Shown: piece after piece, positions 20,232 to 31,343 of the stretch
How positions within the stretch are numbered: the stretch's first letter is position 1
Layout: each line of letters begins with the position of its first letter
DNA from: a virus
Length of the DNA stretch: 64,000 nucleotides
IMG/VR virus record: IMGVR_UViG_3300005096_000137
Location: 1 to 64,000 of that record
Reading direction: 5' to 3' (one strand)
Notes under the pieces: generated by a model
Database searches by the model: none
What the model was told of the DNA's origin: nothing
Seen by the model: the letters and a program-made list of their open reading frames with translations, nothing else
Position numbers and translations under genes: made by a program

Positions 20232-23200
20232 ATGGCTATTCGTTTAACTGCCCAATACATCGAAGTTGCTGTCAGCGGAAACGCTGTTGGTGGTCTCCGC
20301 GTCGAAGCACAGAATGCTGCTGTGGGTGGTACTGTTGACCTGGGCCCTAACCTGCGGATTGAAGCCCAGAATGCTGCTGTGGGTGGTACTGTTGACCTCG
20401 GACCTAGCCTACGTATTGAAGCACAAAACGTGGCTGTTGGTGGTACAAACCCCGGTCAGACACCTGTGCTGCTTGACAGCCTATTCATTAGTGTAGTCCG
20501 CCCTAATGACCATCGCGGCTTGACCAGTGTCCTGGGTACTCTTGGTTCCGGATTAGCGACTGAGACATTGCAGCTCGGTGCTGGCGCCCAGGGTCCTTCA
20601 TACATTGAGCCTGAGAACACAGGCATGGTGGGTACCCGCAGCTCCATGGCTGGTGTCTTCCTGGTCCCAGGTAAATCTCTGACTGGAGGGGCCCTAAGTG
20701 ATACAGGTCAGATCGGTGTCACTGATGCCGTCCTGAACCAACACCATATCCTAGCGTTTGGTGCTAATGTGTTGCCACCTGGTGATAGGTTCGGCGATGG
20801 TACATCGACCCTAGCTTTAGTAAGTCAAGCTGATGTTGCTGTGGCCATTACTCTACCTGCTGTAACGGACATGGATATTGATGGTACTTGGTCAGTGGAA
20901 ACTGTTTCCAGCATCAAGTCCCGCAGTGCTACCAACACTATCGCCCTGGGTTCGGTCACAGACCATAACTGGAAGTTCGCCGACGCAGAGAATACGATCC
21001 TGGTCACCCAAGTTGGGAGTCCGGGGCTCTTTACGTTATACACATCTAGTTCCCTTATTCTGAGCGGGTCCGACTCCGATTCGGGCATTAGTGACGGTGA
21101 TGCAAACAACAACCTGTTCCTGGTCCAAGAGACAGACAAATTCACAACCATTCTGACTGTTGGTGCCGAGACGATCATCCCTGAGATGATCGTCACAACC
21201 GAAGACCAGTCGATTAACCTATCGGCTGAAAATACACTCACCCTGACCCAAGACGAGAATGTTGCTGGTCCCAAGACTGGCGATTCGTCGAGTACCATCC
21301 CCATCACCGTTGTTGCCGACGGAACGGTGAACATCTTTGGTAGGGTGGCTGAGAGTGACCTGGACATTAGTGCAACCAACCCCAATGGTGGGGAGGTCAC
21401 CAGTAATATCCACAACTTGCTTGCGACGACGCCTGATCCCCAGTCTGACCCCATAGAATTGATTAGTGGATTTACGGATAACTGGACCGTCTTTGCACGT
21501 CTGGCAGATACCTTCGATGTCGAAGCTGCGAACATCCTTGAATTGGATCAATCTCTGCCACAACCGACAGGTAAGCGAAGTGTTGATGCTGAGAACACAC
21601 TTGAGATATTGGACTTTGCAGATGATATTGCAAAGCGTCGAGCAGTAACATCCACGATTGTGGTCACACAGTCGGCGGACGCCTCCCTCGTCCATTCAGC
21701 AGTTAGTACTCTTGGAATCACCTCAGCAGTTGTAGAAGGGTTTGTGAACCTGAGTGCTGAAAACACTCTGACCATCCAACAATTCAGCCGCGCCAAGGAG
21801 TTAATCCGGGATTCCAACACTACACTTGAACTGACCCAAGAAGTCCAATCCAGTATCCGGATGTTGGACGCCACCAGTACCATTGATGTCACGCAAGACA
21901 TTGACGTGCGACGACCATGGTACCGTAATGCTGTTGTAAAGGTCGGAAGAGTCTCTACTGACCTGGGTGATGGGGTCCTGTTGATCTCCGAAACAGAGGA
22001 AGTGGAACAGTTACTGGGTGGTGGACCTACTGAGGGTGCTGATCCCATAGCCCCATTTGATCTGGACCCCACGGCTAGTGATATCCTTCAGGGTTTAGAA
22101 ATCAGCATTCTCCAAGAAGCGAGTGTGGTGATCAATGGGGTCCGCAACCCAACGTCAGTTATTCAAGTAGGCTCCGTGGCAACCGCTGTTCTCATAGACA
22201 GCAATGCAATAGGTTTAGAGGCAACGACATTCGTTGGCTTAACCCAGAGGGTTAATCGGAGTATTACAGCAGAGGCTGAAACCGTTATTGACACACTGAG
22301 TGTGTCAGCTATCGGAAACACGAACACCGTGGACCTGTCCAACACTTTGGACACCCTTGGCCAAGAGGTAGTGGTTCAAATAACTCATGCACCCGAGAGT
22401 GTGGATAGTCAGATTGACTTGAAGCATGCTCTGGGGTATTCGATCACGCGCGACACTACTGATTGTGACTACACCCCCTTTATCTCAGAATCGGATGCAG
22501 ACACCACACCCCCGCGTCCCATATTACCCGAAGCTTACCACTCGGCTGCACTTGAAGGTGTGCGATTCAGGCTCGTGTACCCAGCGTTTGATACCGGGGC
22601 TACTATTGACTCCCTTAACCTGCGGGCTCCAGAGTTCGGGAACCGGGAAGGAATTTCGGCAACCCGTATCGTCCGGGAGAGCATGGGTGGGACACTCACA
22701 GTATTCGCGGACCCAGACTGGCCTAAAGTTCACACCCTCACCATGTCATTTGCCGCCTTGAAACAAACCCAAGCCAGAGATCTGTTGGATTTTATGGAGA
22801 GATGGTTAGGTCAGGAAATCGGGATATACGATTATGAAGGTCGTATTTGGAAGGGTGTTATTACTAATCCAACGGAAGCTGTGACCCAAGATGGTCTTGA
22901 GAGATACTCGGTAAATCTGGAAATTGAAGCGGAACGGGTTCACCAGTTAAACCGGAGCGCATTGTCGAACCTCGGACTCGCTGTGGAATCCGAACAGGAT
23001 GAGGCTTTGGCATTCAGCAGTGTGACAATGGGTAGTTTGGCAGATTATTCGCTAGATCCCGTACAATCTGGGATTTCTACCCTTGACCTTGCCGATAATG
23101 CCGATTATAATAGAGTTCCGGTACATCCTGGTTCAAACCATCTTTCAGTGATTGGACGGGCGAGTCGAAACAGCTTCTACTACCGGGTCGCCGAGTCAGG

Positions 23201-23930
23201 TATCAGTCTGGGTGACAGTGGGCGATTTATCGAATTCGATGATTTCGGCAACCTAGTGCATAACTGGGATGCCCGTTCCATCCTTGACGCTGATGGTGAT
23301 CCCATCTCGTTGTGGTCTGACATCGCTGGAACCGTGAACCTCTCCAACCTTGGGTTGGCACGTCCGACCTTTCGAGAGAATGTATTGAATGGGCAGCCGG
23401 TAGTTGAGTTCCGACACAGTGTTGCTGTGCAGCGGATGCTCAGTAATACTCCAGACTCAGTATTCAATAACACCACTAAGACGGGTACAATCTTCATTGT
23501 ACTTGTCACACGACAAGCGATGACCAACGAAAACAATCTGGTATTTGGTACGAACCCTGGGTCGCCAGACTCGACTGTTCTGTGGCTTGGTGGTGATGCG
23601 TCATCCGAACGACCTGTGGCATACAAGTCACCTGAGGGGTTGGTAGGGTTGGAAACTCCCGCGTCAACTATTGGAACCAATTCAGCACAGGTATTGGTCT
23701 GGCAGCGGAACAACAATCAGGTCATACTCAGGAGAAACCGTGTGACGCAAGTTGGACACACATTATCAACGAATCCCGTCCCATTATCTGATGATCTCTA
23801 TGTAGGTGGTCTTGGAACTGGTAACAGTGCCGATATGGATATTGCTCAAATCTTGGTCTACGATGACATCATGGACTTGGCTGACGTCAAATCCATTGAG
23901 GGTATCATCGGTTCTATCTGGGGAGTCTAA
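20232..23930 (+). CDS. Large tail protein: repetitive beta shaft, Dit-like domain, C-terminal LamG-like domain
   Basis: AENTL-type repeats; PEFGN..R.S.GG..YEGRIWKG..TNP domain; HNWDA..W.D / IAQILVYD motifs. Confidence 0.7.
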   Translation: MAIRLTAQYIEVAVSGNAVGGLRVEAQNAAVGGTVDLGPNLRIEAQNAAVGGTVDLGPSLRIEAQNVAVGGTNPGQTPVLLDSLFISVVRPNDHRGLTSVLGTLGSGLATETLQLGAGAQGPSYIEPENTGMVGTRSSMAGVFLVPGKSLTGGALSDTGQIGVTDAVLNQHHILAFGANVLPPGDRFGDGTSTLALVSQADVAVAITLPAVTDMDIDGTWSVETVSSIKSRSATNTIALGSVTDHNWKFADAENTILVTQVGSPGLFTLYTSSSLILSGSDSDSGISDGDANNNLFLVQETDKFTTILTVGAETIIPEMIVTTEDQSINLSAENTLTLTQDENVAGPKTGDSSSTIPITVVADGTVNIFGRVAESDLDISATNPNGGEVTSNIHNLLATTPDPQSDPIELISGFTDNWTVFARLADTFDVEAANILELDQSLPQPTGKRSVDAENTLEILDFADDIAKRRAVTSTIVVTQSADASLVHSAVSTLGITSAVVEGFVNLSAENTLTIQQFSRAKELIRDSNTTLELTQEVQSSIRMLDATSTIDVTQDIDVRRPWYRNAVVKVGRVSTDLGDGVLLISETEEVEQLLGGGPTEGADPIAPFDLDPTASDILQGLEISILQEASVVINGVRNPTSVIQVGSVATAVLIDSNAIGLEATTFVGLTQRVNRSITAEAETVIDTLSVSAIGNTNTVDLSNTLDTLGQEVVVQITHAPESVDSQIDLKHALGYSITRDTTDCDYTPFISESDADTTPPRPILPEAYHSAALEGVRFRLVYPAFDTGATIDSLNLRAPEFGNREGISATRIVRESMGGTLTVFADPDWPKVHTLTMSFAALKQTQARDLLDFMERWLGQEIGIYDYEGRIWKGVITNPTEAVTQDGLERYSVNLEIEAERVHQLNRSALSNLGLAVESEQDEALAFSSVTMGSLADYSLDPVQSGISTLDLADNADYNRVPVHPGSNHLSVIGRASRNSFYYRVAESGISLGDSGRFIEFDDFGNLVHNWDARSILDADGDPISLWSDIAGTVNLSNLGLARPTFRENVLNGQPVVEFRHSVAVQRMLSNTPDSVFNNTTKTGTIFIVLVTRQAMTNENNLVFGTNPGSPDSTVLWLGGDASSERPVAYKSPEGLVGLETPASTIGTNSAQVLVWQRNNNQVILRRNRVTQVGHTLSTNPVPLSDDLYVGGLGTGNSADMDIAQILVYDDIMDLADVKSIEGIIGSIWGV
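20295..20447 (+). repeat. 60-bp coding tandem repeat, about 2.5 copies
   Basis: LR(V/I)EAQNAAVGGTVDLGP units. Confidence 0.9.
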
Positions 23931-25714
23931 TGGCTTTTACACTCGTTGCACCAGTACCACTAACCGAAACCACCGTCCAGCTCCCTAACCCAACCTTTGG
24001 TGACTCAGAGGCAGGTACGGGGGAGGTCACGGTATACCGGACCCTTGATGGTGCGCGTCGAACATACGTGACGTCGAAGGGGCGGAGGAAATTGAATTGG
24101 ACGTTCCGCCTCACTCGGAATAAGGCACTTGAACTTCAGGCTTTCTATCGTTCGTATAATGCTAAGAAAGTCCGTATTACTGACCACAACGGGCAAGTAT
24201 GGTTGGGGAACTTCACCAATAACCCGTTTGAAATTGAAATGGTGAAGCGTGGACTCCCTACCCGTCAGGGGTGGCCGGTTGGTGAAACATCAACCGCTAC
24301 CATTGAATTTGAGGGTGTGTCGGAAACGATATTCCGTGACCAGACCAAGATATTCACACCCCTTGCTGGTTCCGTTATTAGTGACCTGAGTCAGATGGTA
24401 GGATCTGAATCTATATTTCCTGACTTTGGGAGTTTGAAACACAACTGGGACGCCAACCAAATAGTCGCTCAACATGGGGATGACCTCCAAACCTGGCAGG
24501 ATAATGGTCGAGGGGAGAATGACCTCATTGGGCGTATTGGTGATGTGGCCAACCCACTTATTGACCGAACCCCTACTTACATCAAGTCCAGTGTCCTGAT
24601 GCAAGGGCGACCAACTGTTTCCTTTGGAGATGTGCAAAATCAGCAAGGATCAACGACAGCAGCGATGATCACCACCAGTGATACTTCGCTCTTTCCGAAT
24701 CGGCGGGGTACCATCTTCTGGGTTTTAGCCACGACTATCAACAGTCAAGCATATGCCAACTACCTGTTGGCAAGCAAGTCCCCCGGTAAATTTGACTTGG
24801 GCATGGCTACCCAGGCTTTAGAGGAAGCCCGGGAAACCCCTGAGCAACCTAACGACGAAATTGAAAGAGCTGTCTGGGGATTGCAAAACACTCAGGGCAC
24901 TGACCTCGTCGAACAGGTACATTTTGCAGGGTCAAGCAGTATTCTGACACCCGCGAACATCCGCTACCAACCGTCGTTGGGTGCCTCCGGGAACCTCACC
25001 GAAGCAGGCGTATTGCTCTCGGATACAGGTCAGGCTGTGATTGATACCACTATCGCTTCGGATTTAGCGAATAGTCTCTTAGCAGCCGCCAATCAATCTG
25101 TTACCATCGCGGAGGCTGACCTTCAGGATGCCCTGACCAGGCAAGCGACCGCCGTCGCGTCTAACGATCCAGATCAGGTTGTGGAAGCAGAAACTCAGGT
25201 GGCTATTGCCGAACAGGCACTTGTGGAAGCGGAAGCTGCGGCTGCTGCTGCGGAAGTCCGAGCTACTGAGGCGGAGACCACAAAGGTACAAGCAGAGATC
25301 GACCATGCTGAGAGCATTGCGAGCCTCGATGAAACTACACTCATCGAGGAAGATAACGCAGGACTCCAAGGTCTAAGTTTAGCCACCACAAACAATGGAA
25401 GTATCACCACATTAGCAACTGGGCTGTATATGCTCTCCCGGGATAAAGATGACCACCTTCGATTTCGTATGAATGGAATTGAACAGAGTGGCGTAGATAT
25501 CCGTAACAACCCCGGGCGAGTCGGTAAATTCGTTGTTAACGATCAGTTTTGGGTACCTGCCTTCAACACTAAGATAACTGGGGAGTGGGGGCAGATTCTA
25601 GTCTACGAAAAGGCATTGACAACTGCGCAAATTGAAGATGTGGAAAGATACCTCCGATTACGGTGGGGTATTGTACAGGGTCCAGTAATTCTTGAGGATG
25701 ACATCAATGGCTAG
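23930..25714 (+). CDS. Distal-tail-like protein with LamG-like domain and Ala/Glu coiled insertion
   Basis: PTFGD..RTLDG..HNGQVWLG..TNNP; HNWDA and GQILVYE motifs. Confidence 0.65.
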   Translation: MAFTLVAPVPLTETTVQLPNPTFGDSEAGTGEVTVYRTLDGARRTYVTSKGRRKLNWTFRLTRNKALELQAFYRSYNAKKVRITDHNGQVWLGNFTNNPFEIEMVKRGLPTRQGWPVGETSTATIEFEGVSETIFRDQTKIFTPLAGSVISDLSQMVGSESIFPDFGSLKHNWDANQIVAQHGDDLQTWQDNGRGENDLIGRIGDVANPLIDRTPTYIKSSVLMQGRPTVSFGDVQNQQGSTTAAMITTSDTSLFPNRRGTIFWVLATTINSQAYANYLLASKSPGKFDLGMATQALEEARETPEQPNDEIERAVWGLQNTQGTDLVEQVHFAGSSSILTPANIRYQPSLGASGNLTEAGVLLSDTGQAVIDTTIASDLANSLLAAANQSVTIAEADLQDALTRQATAVASNDPDQVVEAETQVAIAEQALVEAEAAAAAAEVRATEAETTKVQAEIDHAESIASLDETTLIEEDNAGLQGLSLATTNNGSITTLATGLYMLSRDKDDHLRFRMNGIEQSGVDIRNNPGRVGKFVVNDQFWVPAFNTKITGEWGQILVYEKALTTAQIEDVERYLRLRWGIVQGPVILEDDING

Positions 25715-28547
25715 AGACATATCCGATAAAAGCCTGCAAATCATTAACCAATCACATGGAACAGAGCCCATTTCAATACTGGGGGTTACCTGGGTGGCTG
25801 GTGGCAAGGAGTCCTGGTATGCAACCAAGACGATCAACGCCCCCAGTACAGCTACTGGGAACCCGGTCGTCGTAGAAGGACGAATCATCGAACTTAGCAA
25901 CATTGACTCAGTTGTGGCAGTTTCATTCAATGAAACATCAGAGGAATTCGACCTGGTATTAGATGATACCCCAGGTGACCTAAAAGCTATCCTTGATGTC
26001 AATGATATTATGCTACGGGACGTAAAACTCTATCAATGGTTTGAGGGGTTAGACTGGGAAGATAAGTTCCTTGTGTTTCAAGGGAAGATTAACTCTCCGA
26101 TATCTTGGAGCGAAACTGATAGATCATTGAAGCTCTCAGTAGTCTCCCAACTAGAAGATCGAGACGTTGGATTCTCCCCTGAAGAAGGTGTGTTCCCAGA
26201 TTTACCCGAGGATATGATCGGCGAACTGTGGCCAGAATGTTTCGGAACAAGTATCTACCAGCAGGCGGTCCAAGTTGATTACAAACATACAGGATCACTT
26301 GGTACCGCTGTATCAATTCCCGACTTCACTATCTGGGCTTCAATCCTGGCGTTAGGACCTATCCAGCAACGAATTGCTGATAAGGTCACCATTCAGAATA
26401 AGATTGCCGCCCAGAATCTCTTTCCCATCGACAACCCAGAATGGTCGGAGGCTAATGAGAAGAGGAATGAGTTAAATCACCAGATTCTGGGGTATGGGAT
26501 TCAACAACAGAATCTCGCCAGTAAATATGCTGCACAAGCATCCCAAGCACGGCGGAGTCTTCGGATTATAGGCGGCGAACGATTCCCTCGGACTGGACTC
26601 AAACTTGATATTGGTGGAGCTATATTCCATGGACGCTTCAAACAAGTTCCCGAAGGCGAAGACCCCAGTGATATCTTTGAAGTATCGCGGGCTGATCATC
26701 CCGAACTCAAGAACTATGTAGTCAAGTCCTGGAATCAAGCGCCCTCCAAAACACACAAGGTTATGCCATTCCCGGAATATGAGAGGGTGGTGGAGGAGCA
26801 CGACGAAGAAGCCCACATTGAAGCTTCAGGGGGACATGTGTCTGCCTTTGGACATGCGGATGAGGTTACATCCAAACCAACCGGAAGTATAGGAGGTGAT
26901 CAAGCTGGTCCTTTCTTTGCACAAGCTGGGGCAGCCGTTACAATTTCCAGCAATGAGAGACTTCGATACTTTGTCAGCATTACCCCAGGGGAGGTGCTTG
27001 GAATCGCTGCATTCACTACTTTTGCAAATGGTGAAAAGACCCTCATTGATGTACCTCGGCACCGGTACTCGGTTTTCGTACAAAGTTATGGCAGTATCAG
27101 TGTAACTGTGGTACAGATGAAAGAGGCACTTTCAAAACTAGATGTACCCTATAATGATACTATCTATGTAAACTTCAAATCATCAATTGGTCCCAACCCA
27201 ATTGATATCATGACCTACTTGATTGGGAAATACTCCAGTCTGAGTTATGATAAAGCCTCCTTTGCAAAAGTGCGCGGATTCTTGCAAAACTACCCGATGC
27301 ACTTTTGCTTAAAACAGAAGAAGAACATTATCACGGTGATGAAGGAATTGGCCTTTATGTCCCGGACGGCAATCAGCATAAGGTCAGGAAAGTTCTACAT
27401 CAGGTACCTACCAGAGGAACCGACTTCCATATTCACATTTACTGAGTCAAACGTCCTTGAACAAAGTATGCAACTTGACTTCACGCCCACGGAAGACCTG
27501 ATTACAAAGTACACCGCAAAATGGAGAAGTAGTGGGGCTCAGGAGAAAGATCACAATTCCATCCAGAAAGCAAATGTCGCCAAGTATGGAATACATGAAG
27601 AAACCATTGACATGTATGCCTACAATTACCTGCCAATTGTTAAGAAGGTGCTGACCTTTTGGCTAATCCGGAAGGCAAACACTTGGAAGAAACTGACATT
27701 CAAAACAGGTATTGATGCACTCAATGTGGAGACACTAGATGGGGTGACATTGGATTTTGCTGGTCAGTTTGCCTCGAATGGTCCAGTATTGGGTACAGTT
27801 GAGGCAGGGGAATTCAACCCAAATGACCGCACCCTAACGTTCACTGTGTGGACGGGGGTCCGCTCCGGAGAAATGGAACCTTATGACTTTGCGTACCCTC
27901 AGAATGTGTCTGCGTTTACCAGGTTCCCCACGACCGAGGATGTGAACAAGGGGAATGCAGGGGGTATGGGTCCAGGAGAAAAGGCGGCTGGGTTTATTGA
28001 AGCCAAACTGCACCCTTTTCAGAAGGGGCAAACAACGAACCCAAATCCTTACGATGATTTTGTCATTCAACGAAATCGTGGATCAACAAAACCATCTGAT
28101 CAGAATGACAAGAACCCGGGCATCACTGTACCCGAGGGTACGGGGCAAGCCGAACGGGGTTTTCAACCAGATGGCACACCTGTCCATACACCATTGCTCA
28201 CAGGTACGAAGCTCCGTCACCAAGAGAATATCCACATCATTGATATTCGTAAAACCCCTATTGTTGATTCAAGCAACCAACGAGATGTAAGTAGACCTCG
28301 TATTACGCTTGATTCATTCTTTCGTGAGATCACAGATGGGAAACTTAAAGCTAGGACGGACGCCATTTGGAAGAATTCAGAGGATAAATCGTCTGCATTC
28401 ATAGATGGTGCGGAGACGGGTGTAGAAAGGACAGAACCTACGGAGGACACATCAAAGAGACGAGAGGGTGTCTTTGACTTCAAGTGGGACAAAGACGCCG
28501 AGCAGTTTGGAGCAGGTACAGCATTCTTGAAAGACGACGAAGAGTAA
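25707..28547 (+). CDS. Tail tip / baseplate hub protein
   Basis: Position after Dit-like genes; F.G.I, NPIDI..YL and S..KYG..E motifs. Confidence 0.65.
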   Translation: MARDISDKSLQIINQSHGTEPISILGVTWVAGGKESWYATKTINAPSTATGNPVVVEGRIIELSNIDSVVAVSFNETSEEFDLVLDDTPGDLKAILDVNDIMLRDVKLYQWFEGLDWEDKFLVFQGKINSPISWSETDRSLKLSVVSQLEDRDVGFSPEEGVFPDLPEDMIGELWPECFGTSIYQQAVQVDYKHTGSLGTAVSIPDFTIWASILALGPIQQRIADKVTIQNKIAAQNLFPIDNPEWSEANEKRNELNHQILGYGIQQQNLASKYAAQASQARRSLRIIGGERFPRTGLKLDIGGAIFHGRFKQVPEGEDPSDIFEVSRADHPELKNYVVKSWNQAPSKTHKVMPFPEYERVVEEHDEEAHIEASGGHVSAFGHADEVTSKPTGSIGGDQAGPFFAQAGAAVTISSNERLRYFVSITPGEVLGIAAFTTFANGEKTLIDVPRHRYSVFVQSYGSISVTVVQMKEALSKLDVPYNDTIYVNFKSSIGPNPIDIMTYLIGKYSSLSYDKASFAKVRGFLQNYPMHFCLKQKKNIITVMKELAFMSRTAISIRSGKFYIRYLPEEPTSIFTFTESNVLEQSMQLDFTPTEDLITKYTAKWRSSGAQEKDHNSIQKANVAKYGIHEETIDMYAYNYLPIVKKVLTFWLIRKANTWKKLTFKTGIDALNVETLDGVTLDFAGQFASNGPVLGTVEAGEFNPNDRTLTFTVWTGVRSGEMEPYDFAYPQNVSAFTRFPTTEDVNKGNAGGMGPGEKAAGFIEAKLHPFQKGQTTNPNPYDDFVIQRNRGSTKPSDQNDKNPGITVPEGTGQAERGFQPDGTPVHTPLLTGTKLRHQENIHIIDIRKTPIVDSSNQRDVSRPRITLDSFFREITDGKLKARTDAIWKNSEDKSSAFIDGAETGVERTEPTEDTSKRREGVFDFKWDKDAEQFGAGTAFLKDDEE

Positions 28548-28576
28548 GGTAACAAGTCACCTAAAGGAAACTAGCC

Positions 28577-29155
28577 ATGACGAAGAAGCTACCATTTGAT
28601 AGTGACTGGGTTGACGCATACTTTGACCATGGAATTGACGTGGAAAACCGACGGGTATTCATTGGTGATATTACCGATGAATCGGTGGGGTGCGCCATCA
28701 AGGGTCTTTATCTCATGGAGACCGCCTCCCGGGAAGAACCATGCGAGATGTTCATCTCCTCCTATGGGGGCTCCATCTATGACGCCTTGGCTCTCTATGA
28801 CGTCATGAACACCCTCACCTGTCCCATCCACACGTTTGCGTATGGGAAGTGCATGTCAGCGGCTCCGTTGCTCCTGGCGGCTGGTACAGTGGGTCAGAGG
28901 TGGGTCTCACCCCATGTTGCCTTCATGCACCATGACTGGGCCGACGATATTGCCGGCAAGGGGATGGAACTTCAAGCTGCCGTCAAGCACAGCGAAGACA
29001 TGGGGAAGACATGGACGAAACTGCTCGCCGAACACTCCACCAAGTCCTTCAAGTGGTGGGACGATCGAGGTAAAAGACCTGCGGACTTCTACTTCTCATC
29101 AGATGAGTCTCTCAAATGGGGACTCGCTGATGAAATCTGGGTTCAGAAACAATAA
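28577..29155 (+). CDS. clpP: ClpP-family serine protease
   Basis: ISSYGGS, ALYDVM, G.CMSAA (Ser), FMHH (His), DFYFS..E..KWGL.D (Asp). Confidence 0.9.
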   Translation: MTKKLPFDSDWVDAYFDHGIDVENRRVFIGDITDESVGCAIKGLYLMETASREEPCEMFISSYGGSIYDALALYDVMNTLTCPIHTFAYGKCMSAAPLLLAAGTVGQRWVSPHVAFMHHDWADDIAGKGMELQAAVKHSEDMGKTWTKLLAEHSTKSFKWWDDRGKRPADFYFSSDESLKWGLADEIWVQKQ

Positions 29156-29163
29156 GGTAAATC

Positions 29164-30807
29164 ATGGCTGACAGTAAAACCCCATTCAAACGTCAAGGTG
29201 ATAATTCGTGGCAGGCAATCCTAGACCTTGTCAATGAGGAGCTTGAAAGCCCTCCACTGGGTTGTGATCCAATTGAACCCATTGAGGATGTTGATGAGTG
29301 CCATCGCTGGTCGAAATCGGACATCCAAGAGGTTTATGACAAGCTTGACGAAATGCCGGGTGGATGCTTTGAATGGGATGACATCCCAGATATCTGGAAA
29401 GTGTCTGTGGTGGAAGACATTGAAACCCAACTCGAAGACAATGCCTGGTGTGAATGTGATGACCTCTGTTGTGAGCCATGCGTAAATGCTGGACCAACAT
29501 TTATACGACAATTCTTAGGAAGTTATACCTCTGAAAACCTGTGTGTTTGGTGTGGTAGTATTGTTGATGGCTGTACATCTAGTGAGTGTCAGTTAAGCTG
29601 TAATGAGGCTGCTCATGGTACTGAATCCGATAAATTGACATATATAGCCGAGAATATTATTATCGACAGCATAAGTATAGAAATCAGCAACCTTGAAAAC
29701 GAGATTGAAGTCCTGGAAAAAGCTATCGAATCTAATAGTCTTCAACAAGTTCAGCTTGAGGAGGATTTATTAGATTGCCCTCCAGGGAGTGCAGGTAACA
29801 CCTGCCGGGCACTTATTGACGCAGAACTCGCCGAACTTGAGGAAGAGAGAATCAGGATACAAGAAGAGATTGATGAGAAAGAGGCCGAGAAACTTCAGAA
29901 AGAAGAAGAACGGCAGGTTCATCAAGTATTAGCAGATGCTGTCGCTGGTATTGAAAACCATAGATTGAGATATATCGACGAGAGTATCGTTTCCTGTCGG
30001 ATAAGTGGAGAAATCAAAACCCTTGAAGACGAGATTGAAGTCCTGGAAGAAGCTATTGAAGCTAACAGTCTTCAACAAGTTCAGCTTGAGGAGGATTTAT
30101 TAGGTTGCCCCCAGGGTGACTCAGGTAATCCATGTCGGGAAGCTATTATCAAGGCACTCGCTGAACTTGAGAAAGAGAGAATCAAGAAAGAAGATGAGAA
30201 GGTAGAGAAAGAAGACGATAAACTTCAGAAAGAAGAAGAACGGAATACCCATCAAGAAGCGGCGGATACTGCGTACACAAAGATGGTTTCTAAAGCCAAT
30301 GCGTTCCGTGCCTGTTCAAAGGCATGTTGTGGCATAGCACCAGTCTGTACTCAATGTATTATGGGTATGCTACCTATTACAGGGTCAATCCCTGATCCCT
30401 TATGTGTGTGTGATCCCGAGAAGATTGCAACACATGACTGCTGTAATAACTGGTGCTGGGAGGGGTGTAACGGGTCATTCAACATCCAAACAAGACTACC
30501 AGCATCGTCCAACTTCTTCTCTCGCGTCTGGAGATCAATCGTCAGTGGATATGTGTATGGGGGTGTAAATCTCCCCTTTCAATCAGATGGTACTTCTTGT
30601 TTGTGTTTTGGTGATGTTGGGTGCTGTTGTTCAGCCGAGGATGTCACACTCTGTTCTGGTTGCGCAACTGGGGTCTGTGTTAACGCTCCGGAACCCCTGT
30701 TAAGAGAATTTCAAATAATCACGAGAGGTCCCCGTATATTTGATCCCTTTAACTGTGAGAACGGACTACCCTGTGGTGAAGAGGGGGAAGCCGTACCAGT
30801 ATTCTAA
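29164..30807 (+). CDS. Cys-rich protein with duplicated coiled coil
   Basis: About 39 Cys in 547 aa; 110-aa internal repeat. Confidence 0.75.
   Translation: MADSKTPFKRQGDNSWQAILDLVNEELESPPLGCDPIEPIEDVDECHRWSKSDIQEVYDKLDEMPGGCFEWDDIPDIWKVSVVEDIETQLEDNAWCECDDLCCEPCVNAGPTFIRQFLGSYTSENLCVWCGSIVDGCTSSECQLSCNEAAHGTESDKLTYIAENIIIDSISIEISNLENEIEVLEKAIESNSLQQVQLEEDLLDCPPGSAGNTCRALIDAELAELEEERIRIQEEIDEKEAEKLQKEEERQVHQVLADAVAGIENHRLRYIDESIVSCRISGEIKTLEDEIEVLEEAIEANSLQQVQLEEDLLGCPQGDSGNPCREAIIKALAELEKERIKKEDEKVEKEDDKLQKEEERNTHQEAADTAYTKMVSKANAFRACSKACCGIAPVCTQCIMGMLPITGSIPDPLCVCDPEKIATHDCCNNWCWEGCNGSFNIQTRLPASSNFFSRVWRSIVSGYVYGGVNLPFQSDGTSCLCFGDVGCCCSAEDVTLCSGCATGVCVNAPEPLLREFQIITRGPRIFDPFNCENGLPCGEEGEAVPVF
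29671..30270 (+). repeat. Intragenic direct repeat, 330-bp period
   Basis: 29671-29940 matches 30001-30270 (e.g. AGTCTTCAACAAGTTCAGCTTGAGGAGGATTTATTAG). Confidence 0.9.
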
Positions 30808-30827
30808 CCAATGGAATGATTCGACAC

Positions 30828-31343
30828 CTAAAATCTATCGATTAAATCCTCGATGGTGTATTCACTGTATGCCTTCATGTGAATCTGCATGTCGTTAGTT
30901 GTGATCCCTTTGTCACCTTTTTCCGCTAATTTAGCTGCCCACGCATCCAACTCATGTTTATTGGTGGAGGGTTCCTGTAAAAGCTCGCGGACAGTGGACC
31001 ACCATTGTGTATCTGGGTGAAGCAATTCAATATCGTAACCGTACCTCTCCATAAGGAACGCTGCAACTTTCCAGGTGGCTGGTTGAAGGTAGTTGTCCTG
31101 ATCAATGTAGATAGGAGTTGCACCAGCATCCGCTAAACGTTTCAAGGAGACCCACCACCAGTGTGTGCGTCTCCGTAACGCTCCTGAATCAAAACTATAT
31201 TCAGTGGGAGAATGAGGTGCATGGACTTGGTAGAAGAAGTTCTCCATGTGGAGGGCAACCCCTCCTGAGTCCTTGGCCTTCTGAGCAGCAAAGGTGGTCC
31301 TGCCACACCCAGGTATTCCTTGTATTAGATATGCAATACTCAT
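30828..31343 (-). CDS. P-loop kinase (AAA_33 / polynucleotide kinase-like)
   Basis: LIQGIPGCGRTT (Walker A with Lys to Arg), IYIDQDN, P.TQWW. Confidence 0.7.
   Translation of the reverse strand: MSIAYLIQGIPGCGRTTFAAQKAKDSGGVALHMENFFYQVHAPHSPTEYSFDSGALRRRTHWWWVSLKRLADAGATPIYIDQDNYLQPATWKVAAFLMERYGYDIELLHPDTQWWSTVRELLQEPSTNKHELDAWAAKLAEKGDKGITTNDMQIHMKAYSEYTIEDLIDRF

Noticed and set aside
28577-29155. ClpP as prohead protease
   Set aside because: Not adjacent to portal or capsid genes; role left open
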